A DNA stretch of 64,000 nucleotides from Dehalococcoidia bacterium (GCA_963662435.1 OY759598.1:1768507-1832506); one strand, 5' to 3'. Positions 9,633-22,786 are shown, counted from the stretch's first letter. Program-made: numbers and translations. Notes: a model not told the origin generated them from the letters alone.

Positions 9633-10520
9633 ATGATGCCGAATTACAGTATTGCCAGTGCCCTGTACATGGCTGACAAAACGGGAGACTTTGTCGGGGA
9701 CCCGATCGAGGCGGTGAGGTCGGTCGCGGCGAGCGGCTACTCCGAGGTGGAACTCATTGCGGAGGGAGTCGAGTGGGAGGAGGGGCCGCCCGACCCTGCT
9801 CCGTACAGGGAAGCGCTGGAGAGTTCGGGGCTGTTTCCCCACACGATTCACGCCCCGTTCAAGAGCATCAACCTCGCCGGCTTCGATGAAGACGAGCGGA
9901 AGGAGAGCGTGGCGCAGGTCGCGGCGGCGATGAGGTTTCACGCCGAGGTGGGAGGACGGACGATCATCGTGCATCCGTCGGGGAGCCCGACATCGCCGGA
10001 CGTGCCTCTGTACACGTGGGAGAATGTTGGCGCGGCCACGGAGCAGGCGCACCGATCGATATCGGAGTTGGTGCAGGTGGCAGAGGAGACTGGAGTGAGG
10101 ATGGCGCTGGAAAACCTCGTTGGGAAGATGGGGTTCCCTGCCCGTCCGCTGGAGACGATGCAGGAGCTGCGGTCGTTCATGGCGGACCTACCGGCGGAGC
10201 ACGTCGGCATCTGTCACGACATTGGGCACACGCGCCTACGGAAACTCGACATTGCGGAGGAGACACGAATCGCGTCGGAGCGTTTGTATGCGCTGCACAT
10301 CCAGGACGGTTCTACGGATGCTGACGACCACCTACCTCCGGGTCACGGGGTGATTGACTTCGACTCGTTCGGTCAGGCGCTTGCCGACATTGGATTCGAC
10401 GGCGCGTGGACGATGGAGGTGCTGGCGACGAACCATCCGGGGACGGTTGAGGACGTTGCTATCGAGGTGGCGACGATTCGGGACCGGTGGTTGGCGGAGG
10501 GGATTCGGAATGTGAGGTAG
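9633..10520 (+). CDS. Sugar phosphate isomerase/epimerase (xylose isomerase-like TIM barrel)
   Basis: IHAPF, IVHP, MALEN, HDIGH, LHIQD, DDHLPPGHGVIDF, TMEV. Confidence 0.85.
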   Translation: MMPNYSIASALYMADKTGDFVGDPIEAVRSVAASGYSEVELIAEGVEWEEGPPDPAPYREALESSGLFPHTIHAPFKSINLAGFDEDERKESVAQVAAAMRFHAEVGGRTIIVHPSGSPTSPDVPLYTWENVGAATEQAHRSISELVQVAEETGVRMALENLVGKMGFPARPLETMQELRSFMADLPAEHVGICHDIGHTRLRKLDIAEETRIASERLYALHIQDGSTDADDHLPPGHGVIDFDSFGQALADIGFDGAWTMEVLATNHPGTVEDVAIEVATIRDRWLAEGIRNVR

Positions 10521-10555
10521 GGGGACTTCCGGTGGTGGAATGACCGAAGGGGATT

Positions 10556-10922
10556 CACCGCAGAGAGCGCAGAGGTCGCAGAGGGAAGAGGGAGTTTAGT
10601 CCCCTTCCCTGCCCCTCTGAATTCCCGTCCCTAACAGGGTACGAGGTGACGTTCTTTCGCGGGTTTGACGGTGGTACCGGTTCTGGGCTTCACTCTAGTC
10701 ACTACCCTCACCCCAGCCCTCTCCCGCGAACGGGAGAGAGGGAGGCATTGCCATGGGTGGGTCAACCCTTCGACAGGCTCAGGGTGAACGTACTTTCTCT
10801 TACCTGCGTCCCCCGTTACTGACGCCCCGGCATGGTCGCCGACGGGGGGCGTAGCGATGATCAAGGTGAACAGGATGTTGTCTCCTACCCGGCCCCTCTG
10901 GATACCTGCGTTCGCGAGTTTG
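10556..10922 (+). repeat. REP-like mosaic block (families F, A, B, degenerate C)
   Basis: CACCGCAGAGAGCGCAGAGGTCGCAGAG (~10556); A at 10705; B at 10766; C-like at ~10898. Confidence 0.75.
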
Positions 10923-10938
10923 ATCGCGGTGCTGCCAG

Positions 10939-11982
10939 TCACATTCGCAGTTGGACTTTGATGGAGCCGGTGGACTTGTCGTAGGCGGTGTCGAGGGCCT
11001 GGGGCATTTCGGCGAGGGGGTAGGTGTGGGTGACCATGGGCTTGAGGTCGATCTTGCCGGATGACATAAGGTCGATGGCCATCTCGAAGTCGTGTCTGCC
11101 GTCCATGATTCCGTAGCAGACGGAGAATATGAAGGACTGCTCCTTGAGGAGCGGCTCCATCCAGTCTGTCATGACGGGGTCGTGGAAGACTCCGAGAACG
11201 ACAATCCGGCCCATGACGCGGGTCATGTCGACGGCCTGTACGAGGGTGGCGTTGCTGCCGAATCCTCCGACAGTCTCGACCGTGATGTCGGCTCCGAGGC
11301 CGCCGGTGAGGTCTTCAACAGCAGTAGTCGCATTATCGTCGTTGGGATCGAGCACTACGTCGGCGCCCAGCGTCCTTGCCAGCCGGGCCTGATGGGCGTG
11401 CCTAGCGGTCGCGATGATGTTTCCGGCGCCAAGGGCCCTGGCTGCAGCGATGGCCGTGAGACCGATGTTTCCGGCGCCGAGCACGACGACTGTGTCGCCC
11501 GCGATCAGGCCTCCGCGACGCATCCCTCGAATGGACACGGCGAGGGGCTCGACGAGAGCGCCCTCCTCCCACGTCATTGTGTCGCCGAGGGGGTAGCAGG
11601 CGACGGCGTTACGGGTGACGTATTCGGCGAAACCGCCACCAGTGTACTCGCCCTTGTCGGTGCAGTTCCTGAACTGGCCCTGACGGCAGAACCAGCACGT
11701 TAGGCACGCCTTGCCGTGGCCGACGACCTCAACGGCGACATGCTGCCCCACCCTTGCTGGATACACACCCTCTCCAACCTCGACGATCTCGCCAGCGGTC
11801 TCGTGTCCGGCGGGGAGGGTCTCGGGCTCGGTCAACTTGCGGTACTGGTTGAGATCGGAGCCGCAAATACCCTCGGCGCGGACCCTTACGAGGGCGTCGC
11901 CGGGGCCGGGTTCGAGACGCTCGATTTGCTTGATCTCGACGTTGTCGATTCCGTTATAGAGCGCGGCGAGCATCTTTTGCAT
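10939..11982 (-). CDS. Zinc-binding alcohol dehydrogenase (MDR family)
   Basis: GICGSD, GHE, CxxCxxCxxxxxxxC structural Zn site, LVEPLAV, GAGNIG. Confidence 0.92.
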   Translation of the reverse strand: MQKMLAALYNGIDNVEIKQIERLEPGPGDALVRVRAEGICGSDLNQYRKLTEPETLPAGHETAGEIVEVGEGVYPARVGQHVAVEVVGHGKACLTCWFCRQGQFRNCTDKGEYTGGGFAEYVTRNAVACYPLGDTMTWEEGALVEPLAVSIRGMRRGGLIAGDTVVVLGAGNIGLTAIAAARALGAGNIIATARHAHQARLARTLGADVVLDPNDDNATTAVEDLTGGLGADITVETVGGFGSNATLVQAVDMTRVMGRIVVLGVFHDPVMTDWMEPLLKEQSFIFSVCYGIMDGRHDFEMAIDLMSSGKIDLKPMVTHTYPLAEMPQALDTAYDKSTGSIKVQLRM

Positions 11983-12060
11983 TTTTTGTGTAGGGCTCCG
12001 GGTGCTGGGTGAGTGGGAGGGGTTGAAATGTTACCACAGTGCTGCACCCCCTGGAATTTG

Positions 12061-12090
12061 CCGTACATTTCCGGACATTTTCGGACATTG
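12061..12090 (+). repeat. 10-bp tandem repeat x3 (CCGGACATTT-like)
   Basis: CCGTACATTT CCGGACATTT TCGGACATTG; a second array lies at 42956-42984. Confidence 0.75.
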
Positions 12091-12244
12091 CTATCTCGGT
12101 TACGTAGAGTTTTGTAAGGCGTAAGGTTCAGGATTCTGGGTGTGTTGCCGTGTCGGGATGGTTGTTGATGATGTCCCGGGTTGGTGGCCCAGTATCGGGG
12201 TGAGGGGTGAAGGTGGGACGGGTTGGGGGGCACGTTCGTCATAA

Positions 12245-12421
12245 CCCTCACCCCAACTCTCTCCCGTGAACGGGAGAGGGGGTAAGAGCGAAGGGAGAGG
12301 GCGGAGGCTGGTTGTGGGGGGGAACGCCCTTCGACGGGCTCAGGGTGAACGGAGTGGTGTGGTGGCGAGGCTCGCCTGCGACGGCGGGTTTCTCTGGATA
12401 CCGGGCTCCGCCGGAATGACG
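12245..12421 (+). repeat. REP-like mosaic block (families A, B, C)
   Basis: A at 12245, B at 12327, C at 12396. Confidence 0.85.
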
Positions 12422-12440
12422 AGGGGAGACGAGGGGGAAT

Positions 12441-13982
12441 TCAGTTGGCGATGGGCTGGGCGATTATCCAGAGGCTGGTGGCCGTGTAGACGATCATCAG
12501 GGCGAGCATGGGATATTGGCTCTTGACGGCCTGTGCGGACGTGGGCATTCGGCGGAGCGAGATGATGTGGGCGACGTAGACGGAGAGGATGTGCCCCAGG
12601 ACGATTGCGATGATAGAGACCCACCAGACGAATTGGACGGAGACGAGGTTGATATTTATGAGGTATCCGGAGGTGCCGAAGATGTTCCATTCGAAGCCGA
12701 ACGGGTCGGACAGGAGCGGGATGATCCCCTGTCCCTGAATGGTGAGGAGCGAGATGAAGTGGGCCATGTTGTAGGCCAGGGCGATGGGGACGAGTGAGAG
12801 GACGAAGACCTTGGCTACGTCGAAGACGGGGGAGTCGGTCGTTCCCTCGAACTGACGGAGGACCCACGAGAATGCGAGATAGACCGTGATGAACAGGACA
12901 GGCAGCACGAGCAGGCCGAGCGTATCGATGGTACCGAAGGTGTCCACGGGCAGAGGGGAGAATACGGGGTACAGGGCGTCCTGCACCTCGAGCCAGGCGT
13001 TGGTCTCCGTGATGCCGTCGAAGGTGACGGTCGATAGCGCTAGGATGACGAATACCGCCATGGATGCCGATACAAGGCCTCGGGTTGCGAGGCCGACCGA
13101 GTACGGGCGAAGGTTGAACCGGCGTTCATGGGGCTCGGCGATTTCGAAGCATTCGTAGCAGTCCATGCAGGGGCCCTGCTGCTGGGCGCAACCTTCGCAG
13201 TCGGAGCAAAGGTCGTCGTTGGAGGTCGTTGCCTCGGTGGGAGAGAAGCGGGCGAAGAGGCTGAAAAGCACGGAGAATGCCTCGCCTCGCCTGAGCCAGA
13301 CGTGCTTGCCGAAGAGGAGCATGCCTCCCCACGTGATTGCCGAGTAAACGAGTATGAAGAGTCCGAGCTTGAAGGGCGCCTGCGCGCCGTTATAGACGTT
13401 CTCGAGCCAGGCGAAGATGAAGAACAGGATGACGGCGGGCCAGACTCCCCAGCTTTCGGGGTATTCGATAAGTCCCTCGTCTCCCTCGTCATCGCCGGTG
13501 AGGAAGCCCTCGACCCACTCGAACATGGTCTTCCACGGGTTTACGAGCATCCAGAAGTTACCGAGCAGTGCGGATATGTAGCCCATGCCGACCCACCAGA
13601 TGATCCAGACGAAGGTGGGCGAGAGGTTCTCGACGGGCTTGTTGACTCCGAAGAGGCTCGTGGCGATCACGAGCAGGAACACGGCGACTCCGAGGAGCTT
13701 GAAGGCGTAGATGAACACCTTGCTCCGAAGGACTGCGCCAAGCACGGGGACGCCAAGGAGGTTGAGGGTGGGATACCGGAACTCGCCAGGCTGCTTATTG
13801 ACAAAGAGACCGATGACAACGAAGGAGGCTGCGACGGCAGCGGCCGCGGCGATCATGAACAGGTTGAGCGGAAGCGGGAGATCGTACCTCTCCCCAAATG
13901 CGTGAGCGTAAACGGGAGACATCGCCAGTGCCGACGCCGCTGCGACGAGGGCGGCTATGACTGCGATTCTTCTCAGTGGCAT
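12441..13982 (-). CDS. Polytopic membrane protein ('fenitrothion hydrolase'-like family) with a six-Cys insert
   Basis: AHAFGERYDLPLP N-terminus, NPW motif, many TM helices, SLVPIALAYNMAH, LSDPFG, SQYPMLALMIVYT. Confidence 0.7.
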   Translation of the reverse strand: MPLRRIAVIAALVAAASALAMSPVYAHAFGERYDLPLPLNLFMIAAAAAVAASFVVIGLFVNKQPGEFRYPTLNLLGVPVLGAVLRSKVFIYAFKLLGVAVFLLVIATSLFGVNKPVENLSPTFVWIIWWVGMGYISALLGNFWMLVNPWKTMFEWVEGFLTGDDEGDEGLIEYPESWGVWPAVILFFIFAWLENVYNGAQAPFKLGLFILVYSAITWGGMLLFGKHVWLRRGEAFSVLFSLFARFSPTEATTSNDDLCSDCEGCAQQQGPCMDCYECFEIAEPHERRFNLRPYSVGLATRGLVSASMAVFVILALSTVTFDGITETNAWLEVQDALYPVFSPLPVDTFGTIDTLGLLVLPVLFITVYLAFSWVLRQFEGTTDSPVFDVAKVFVLSLVPIALAYNMAHFISLLTIQGQGIIPLLSDPFGFEWNIFGTSGYLININLVSVQFVWWVSIIAIVLGHILSVYVAHIISLRRMPTSAQAVKSQYPMLALMIVYTATSLWIIAQPIAN

Positions 13983-14008
13983 GGCCTGTCCATTCGAGGA
14001 GTACCCCT

Positions 14009-16279
14009 CTATTCTAGCGTCTTGATGTAGTTGATGACATGCCAGATCTCCTCGTCGGTGTAGCGTCCGGCAAGGCCGACCATCGCGGTGCCGGAAATGC
14101 CTTCGCTGATGAAGTCGAACAGGATCCTGTCGGGATGGAGCGGCACGTGGACTATGAGATTGGCGGGCGGAGGGTCGAGACCGGCGCCTGTTGGGCCGTC
14201 TCCCCTGCCCTGCACGCCGTGACAGGTGGCGCAGGTCTCCCCGTAAACTCTCTCCCCGATGGCGAGCGATTCGGGATTGGGGGCGAACGGATTTCTTTCG
14301 GCTGACGACGGGTCTTCCCCGAACTGGGCGGTGAAGAATACTCCGGCTCCGATCATGAACACTACGAGACCCGGAGTCATGACGGCCAGTCCGCGGCGCG
14401 AGTACCAGCCGCCGAGAGGTATGCCCACGGCGAGGAACAGGAATCCGAGCACGGCGAGTTCCACGCCGAACAGCAGACGGCCTGTGTCTGCCGAGGGGGC
14501 GATGGCGGAGCTGCTGACGCCACCGCCGGAAGCGACCTCGAAGCGGAAGGCAGTGCGAGCGTCGAAGGTGTCGGGACGGCGGACGGCGACCTCCAGCTGG
14601 TACGGTCCGGCGATATTGATGCGGGCGTCTCCGGCGACGAATTCGCCCTCACCGCCCGGGGCAGTCAGGACTGGGTCCTCGCCAAGATCGGCGTCCAGAT
14701 AGGTGAGCCGCACATCCACTCCCGTGGCGTTGGTGATCCGGTCGCCGCGGCGGTCGGTCAGCGTGACGGTGACGGTGTTGGCGCCCACGTGTCCCGGCTT
14801 GATATCGACGTCGATGGTGGCGCCTTCGGCGGTGTCCTGGAAGGTAAGGCTTTGAGGGACTCCGATGCCCTCGCGAGAGGCGACCTGGCGCGCGGGCTCG
14901 AGGCTCGTCAGGTAGGCTGCGGCGAGGATGACCAGGACACCGACGACAGCTTCGGCGGTGACCGTGAGGCGCAGGCGTGATGCAGCAGTGCGGTCCGAAC
15001 GGATGGCGGGGATGAGCCAGAGCAGGTTCGTGGCCCCGAAGACCAGGAGGACACCGACGAGGACGTTCTTAATCACAAGAGTCTGCCCGTACGGCACGGC
15101 GAGAGCGGGCAGGACGGTGACGTGGGCCCATGCGCTGTAGAGGCCGGTTACGACCAGGGCGGCGACGCTGAGTCCAGCGACGAGAGAGAATCGAGGCAGC
15201 ACGGCAAGAATGACCTGCCGAGCTCCTCCCTCCGGCGGTTGGGAGAAGAACAGGGGCAGAATGAGCGCGAGTCCGAAGAGTCCGCCGACCCAGAAGGCGG
15301 CGGCGACGAGGTGGATGAAGTCGGTCACGGTGGCGGCCAACTCGATGCCCGGGGTGGCGGCCCCATGGCTGGTGGTGCTCAGGGTCGCCATGGCGAGGGC
15401 GGTGACGAGGAATGTCGACAGCCAGAGGGCGGCATCACGGCGATCCGAGGGGGCCCTGCGGAGTCGCATGACGGCGAGAGTAGGACCGAGTGCGCCGATC
15501 AGAAGGGAAGTACGTTGCAGCCATCCCCTGCCCCATTCGGTCTGGGATATTACGAAGCGGACGGGTTCGCCGATTGCATCGAAGATTGATACCTCGTGGA
15601 CGGAGGAGGCCTGGACCAAGAGGTGAGCGAACGATCCGGCCAGCGCCACGATGATGCCAGCGATGGCGATCATGTTTATCCGGTCGCGGACTGCCGAGAG
15701 CAGCGGCTCGGCATCGTTAATCGACACTAATGGAGGTCGGACGACGACGAGCCACAGCATGAGGACGCCGAGCACGGAGAGGCCCCCGAGGAGGACTGCC
15801 CACCGTACGAAAGGCTCGGCGGGCGACTGGAGGACTGGCTCGGGTTCGTTGACCTGCGGTGTGGCGGACAGTGGCTCGCCGACTGAGTAGAAGAACGTGC
15901 CGCGTATGGTGTGGCCGTCTACGGTGGAGAGATTGCGCCAGGCGACGGTGTAGGTGCCGTTCGGGAGGTCGTCAACAAGGGTGACGGACATGACGGTGGG
16001 GTTGGCGGGGTCGACGGCGCTGTCGTCGTTGTCCACGCGCCGACCCTGGGAGTCAAGCACTTCAATGGCACTGAAGGAAGGTTCGAGAGGTTCGGTGAAC
16101 CAGATGGTGATCTTGGCCGGGAGGGACTCGAGTACGGAGTTCGGGGCGGGTTCGGCATCGGCAAGGTTTGCATGTGCGGATGCGGAATCGGGAAGGGAGA
16201 GTACAAGAACGGCAACGAGGAGGGCCAGGACTGCGCCCTTCCAGGGGAGTGAGCCTCTTGTTATGCAGGGCAATGGCAT
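14009..16279 (-). CDS. Copper resistance CopC-CopD fusion with YtkA-like and C-terminal cytochrome c domains
   Basis: Signal peptide then HANL (CopC His1), VDGH; CopD TM region (SHG, IHLVAAAFWVGG); beta-sandwich; CATCHG heme motif. Confidence 0.85.
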   Translation of the reverse strand: MPLPCITRGSLPWKGAVLALLVAVLVLSLPDSASAHANLADAEPAPNSVLESLPAKITIWFTEPLEPSFSAIEVLDSQGRRVDNDDSAVDPANPTVMSVTLVDDLPNGTYTVAWRNLSTVDGHTIRGTFFYSVGEPLSATPQVNEPEPVLQSPAEPFVRWAVLLGGLSVLGVLMLWLVVVRPPLVSINDAEPLLSAVRDRINMIAIAGIIVALAGSFAHLLVQASSVHEVSIFDAIGEPVRFVISQTEWGRGWLQRTSLLIGALGPTLAVMRLRRAPSDRRDAALWLSTFLVTALAMATLSTTSHGAATPGIELAATVTDFIHLVAAAFWVGGLFGLALILPLFFSQPPEGGARQVILAVLPRFSLVAGLSVAALVVTGLYSAWAHVTVLPALAVPYGQTLVIKNVLVGVLLVFGATNLLWLIPAIRSDRTAASRLRLTVTAEAVVGVLVILAAAYLTSLEPARQVASREGIGVPQSLTFQDTAEGATIDVDIKPGHVGANTVTVTLTDRRGDRITNATGVDVRLTYLDADLGEDPVLTAPGGEGEFVAGDARINIAGPYQLEVAVRRPDTFDARTAFRFEVASGGGVSSSAIAPSADTGRLLFGVELAVLGFLFLAVGIPLGGWYSRRGLAVMTPGLVVFMIGAGVFFTAQFGEDPSSAERNPFAPNPESLAIGERVYGETCATCHGVQGRGDGPTGAGLDPPPANLIVHVPLHPDRILFDFISEGISGTAMVGLAGRYTDEEIWHVINYIKTLE

Positions 16280-16340
16280 TGAAACCCCTATGGGGTGAAC
16301 CTGTACGGAGTCTTTAGCAGGCGGTGCTTACCCGTCTCCT

Positions 16341-16409
16341 TGGATTCCCGCGTGTGCGGCGATGACGGTTTGGGGTTGGCGGTAAGGGCGATTCGCGAAT
16401 CGCCCCTAC
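16341..16409 (+). repeat. REP-like block (families C and D)
   Basis: GGATTCCCGCGTGTGCGGCGATGAC; GTAAGGGCGATTCGCGAATCGCCCCTAC. Confidence 0.85.
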
Positions 16410-16528
16410 GGGAGGAGGGACGGGGTTTATTTTCATAGCAATGGCGGAAGTCGCACATAGCGCTTCTTTCGCCGGAATGGCGGTACTGTACTTGGCAAGG
16501 GTTTGTCATGAAGTCCTAGTGGGTGCTG

Positions 16529-17086
16529 TCAGGCGGTCGATTTCTTTCTTCGTCTGCGTCTTCCGCCGAGGGAGGCGCGTAGGGAGAGTCCGAAGATGAT
16601 GAGAAATGCGAGAAGGACGACGAGGGTGAATATGCCAGGGATGGGGCTGGCGTTCTTGACCTCGACCTGGAATTCGGCAGAGTAGGTGCCGTTGTCGTCG
16701 GTTACGGTTGTAGTGAAGAGCCAGATGCCCTCGCGGTCAACCTCCGTGTTGACCTCGTAGTAGGTGGGTTCCTGGGTGCTGTTGGCGGCGATGAAGGGAC
16801 CGATCTCGATTTCCCTGGAGTCGGGGCCGGTGCCCTGGAGTTCCAGATTGGCATCGAGGACGGGGGACTTCGTTGCAGTGTCGGTGACGGTGAGAGCGAG
16901 GTGGAGATTGCCGACGGAGGGGCTGGGCGGGATGGTGCCGAGGCCGATCTCATAGGGGCCGGCCGACTTCTTTTCGAAGCTGGTGACGCGGCCGTTGGCC
17001 TGAACTATTGTGGGGAACGATGCAACGAGCACCGCAATTGCGGCTGCGACGAAGAGTGTCTTGTAAATCCTATGACTCTTGTCCAC
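16529..17086 (-). CDS. Exported YtkA/FixH-like protein with C-terminal membrane anchor
   Basis: Signal peptide (VQA-NG), beta-rich domain (GPYEI...GIWLFT), C-terminal TM plus basic tail RRRRRKK. Confidence 0.6.
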   Translation of the reverse strand: MDKSHRIYKTLFVAAAIAVLVASFPTIVQANGRVTSFEKKSAGPYEIGLGTIPPSPSVGNLHLALTVTDTATKSPVLDANLELQGTGPDSREIEIGPFIAANSTQEPTYYEVNTEVDREGIWLFTTTVTDDNGTYSAEFQVEVKNASPIPGIFTLVVLLAFLIIFGLSLRASLGGRRRRRKKSTA

Positions 17087-17383
17087 GACCTATGACCCTG
17101 AGAGGCCGGTGAGTACGTTCACAAGAGGAGGCTACGCGGGAAGCGGAAGGGTGGGACCTGAGGGAGTGAGAACGCATTGGGAATATTATACCTGCGGGTC
17201 TGATTGGGAGTCTATGGCGGCTGGGAGGGGGTTACAAGACCGTCGAAGGAGTCGATGGGCGAAGGTGGAAACGTAGCCGACCAGATCGATTGGGATTCCG
17301 GGCTGAAGGGACGGAGCGATTTGCCCGCTGACATGATGAGACGATAGGGTTGCATCGGATTGCGTTGCACGCTGGAATATTTC

Positions 17384-17481
17384 ATGAGGGTTGCTACGCT
17401 CACCACCTGGGATGAAAGTGGGATTTTCGCCTGACAGGGTCCGAAGACTGGATTCCGGCCTCCACCGGAATGACGGCGTGG
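17384..17481 (+). repeat. About 90-100 bp direct repeat, copy 1 (contains family C)
   Basis: Matches 19247-19333 apart from an ~11-bp indel and a few substitutions. Confidence 0.85.
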
Positions 17482-17526
17482 GGGTGTGACGACGGCTATT
17501 TTCGTAGCAATGTCTGGGCGAGCACG

Positions 17527-19077
17527 ATGACCGAGGGATTCGATCACATCGTCGTAGGGGCGGGTTCGGCAGGCGCAGTCCTGGCGGCCCGTCTGACGGA
17601 GGACGGCAACCGGTCGGTCCTGCTTCTCGAAGCCGGTGCGGACTACCCTTCGCCGGAGCGGATGCCCGGTCCGATAAGGTACGCATACGGTACTGGGACG
17701 GATCTCTGGGATAGCGAACACATGTGGAGGTTTCGCGCGAGGGCCACGGACACGGCCGATATAGATATTCCTCGTGGCAAGATCACCGGCGGTTCGAGCG
17801 CAGTGAACGACGCCCAGTTTCTCCGGGGAATGCCGGAGGACTTCGACCGGTGGGTGGAATGGGGTAACAGCGAGTGGAGCTACGACAAGCTCTTGCCGTA
17901 TATGCGGAAGCTGGAATCAGACAGGGACTTCGAGGACGAATTCCATGGCAATGACGGGCCCATCGTCTGTCGCAGGTATCGGCCCAGCGAATGGGGGCCA
18001 CAGCAGCATGCATTCCATCGCGCATGCCTGGACGCCGGATTCCCTGACTGTCCCGACCATAATCGCCCAAACTCCACGGGCGTAGGGCCCCTGGCGTTCA
18101 ACGTCGCCGACCGAACCCGGGTGAGCTCGGCGGTTGGCTACCTCGACCCCGCCCGCAACAGGAAGGGTCTGACCATCAGGCAATGCAGCCCTGTTCATGG
18201 GATCATCTTCGAGGGCAATCGAGCAGTTGGGGTACGCGGGACTAGCGGACTTGAAGAGTTTTCCGTGTTCGGCGACGAGGTGATTCTCTGCGCCGGGGCT
18301 ATCGGAAGTCCACACATACTTGGTCTATCGGGAATCGGGCCCGGGGACCAACTACGACGGCTGGACATACCCGTTGTACAGGACCTCCCCGGAGTTGGGC
18401 GCAATTTACGCGATCATCCGGATGTTCCAATGGCATGGCGTACACGCGAAGGATTCCCGCTGAACGTGGATCAGGTTGCGACGGGCACGGTGACCCTGCG
18501 CTTCACCGCCTCGGGTTCCCAATTCGAGAACGACCTGGTCATCTACATGGGCAACTACGCAGCGAGCAGGCCATTGAGGGGGGAAGACCATAAGAATCCC
18601 GTAGGAGTGGGCGTAAGTCTCTGCCTTTACCTGGCGGTGAGCCAGGGCGAGCTGGGTCTCCAATCCGCTGACCCCGGGCAGCCGCCCTACCTCAACTTCA
18701 ATCTCCTGGACGACCCCTTCGACAGGTCGAGGCTTCGTGAGGGCCTGAGAACGTGTGCTGAGCTGTTCAGGCATGAAGCCTTCGGTGAGATTGTGGATGA
18801 GCGGATTGCGCCGTCGGACGAAGTAATGAATGACGATCATGCCCTGGACTCATGGATGATGCGGGAGGTGATCACGGCGCACCACGTCTCAAGCACCTGC
18901 AAGATGGGGCCTTCCAGCGACCGGCTTGCGGTGGTGGACCAATACGGGAGGGTATACGGCGTCGACGGGCTTCGCGTCATAGATGCTTCGATAATGCCTG
19001 ACACGGTCCGAGCGAACCTCAACCTGACGGTGCTCGCGATGGCGGAGCGGGCGGCGGACCTCATCAAGGGGAACTGA
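17527..19077 (+). CDS. GMC family oxidoreductase (choline dehydrogenase-like)
   Basis: VVGAGSAG, LLLEAG, RGKITGGSSAVN, GRNLRDHP, HVSSTCKMG, LRVIDASIMP; ATG at 17527. Confidence 0.92.
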   Translation: MTEGFDHIVVGAGSAGAVLAARLTEDGNRSVLLLEAGADYPSPERMPGPIRYAYGTGTDLWDSEHMWRFRARATDTADIDIPRGKITGGSSAVNDAQFLRGMPEDFDRWVEWGNSEWSYDKLLPYMRKLESDRDFEDEFHGNDGPIVCRRYRPSEWGPQQHAFHRACLDAGFPDCPDHNRPNSTGVGPLAFNVADRTRVSSAVGYLDPARNRKGLTIRQCSPVHGIIFEGNRAVGVRGTSGLEEFSVFGDEVILCAGAIGSPHILGLSGIGPGDQLRRLDIPVVQDLPGVGRNLRDHPDVPMAWRTREGFPLNVDQVATGTVTLRFTASGSQFENDLVIYMGNYAASRPLRGEDHKNPVGVGVSLCLYLAVSQGELGLQSADPGQPPYLNFNLLDDPFDRSRLREGLRTCAELFRHEAFGEIVDERIAPSDEVMNDDHALDSWMMREVITAHHVSSTCKMGPSSDRLAVVDQYGRVYGVDGLRVIDASIMPDTVRANLNLTVLAMAERAADLIKGN

Positions 19078-19246
19078 GGGGGCGAGGTTGCTCGGAGGAC
19101 CGGTGGGCTCTCAGGGTGTCTTATGAGTCAGTCAATACAGGACGTATGGATCCAGTTTAGTCGTGAGCGGCGTGTCCACCCTTCGATGGGCTCAGGGGTT
19201 GGCCCGTACCGACATACGAGGTGGCATTCCTTTGCTGGCATATGTT

Positions 19247-19333
19247 ATGAGGGTTGCCACCCTCACTACCTGGGATTTTCGCCTGACAGGGGCCGAATAC
19301 TGGATTCCGGCCTCCGCCGGAATGACGGTGTGG
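19247..19333 (+). repeat. Direct repeat, copy 2
   Basis: See 17384-17481; a degenerate family B copy also lies at ~19179. Confidence 0.85.
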
Positions 19334-19418
19334 CAGTGGCCGTGGGGGAGATTCGACCGGGGGATTGAGAGAGTGGGCGGTTTTGAATTTGGACTTATCT
19401 CAAATGTTGGGAAAAGGA

Positions 19419-19447
19419 TTGACTCCGGGTGGGAGGTTCGGTAGAAT
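19419..19447 (+). promoter_or_regulatory. rRNA promoter
   Basis: TTGACT, 17 bp, TAGAAT with an AT-rich upstream region; leader hairpins and boxA-like AGCACCTTAACAA at ~19519-19531. Confidence 0.75.
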
Positions 19448-19627
19448 GGTTTTTCGACTCTTGACGGAGAACGATGTTCTTTGAGAGTCGGCGCGTCGGC
19501 AAGTAGTCGGCGTCGCAGAGCACCTTAACAACCGAATCCTGCGAGTATGTCTGTCTTGAAGCGGGGCCCTTTTGGGTGTACGTGAGAGACGAGACACTTG
19601 CTTATTGAATAAACGAGTCAAAATGTG

Positions 19628-22625
<2,998 letters not shown>

Positions 22626-22666
22626 CACATTTCGACTCGTTTACTCAGGATTCGGTAATATAACGT

Positions 22667-22741
<75 letters not shown>

Positions 22742-22750
22742 AGAAACGCA

Positions 22751-22786
22751 ATACGCTCCCGGCTACGTCGGGAGCGTATACTTTTT
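22751..22786 (+). terminator. Rho-independent terminator of the rrl-tRNA transcript
   Basis: TACGCTCCCG-loop-CGGGAGCGTA followed by a T-tract. Confidence 0.8.

Noticed and set aside
10631..10942. 103-aa ORF overlapping the ADH stop; also 5905-6147, 6640-6879, 16288-16509 and 44354-44599
   Set aside because: Largely translations of REP modules (LSRSRERAGVR, FVLSLSK, IRESPL)
5322..12421. Possible CRISPR array from the recurring ~25-37 bp repeats
   Set aside because: Repeats are dispersed, degenerate and of mixed families, with no regular spacers and no cas genes
19450..19627. 5S rRNA or tRNA in the rrl leader
   Set aside because: No 5S or tRNA consensus; explained by leader hairpins, boxA and the processing stem
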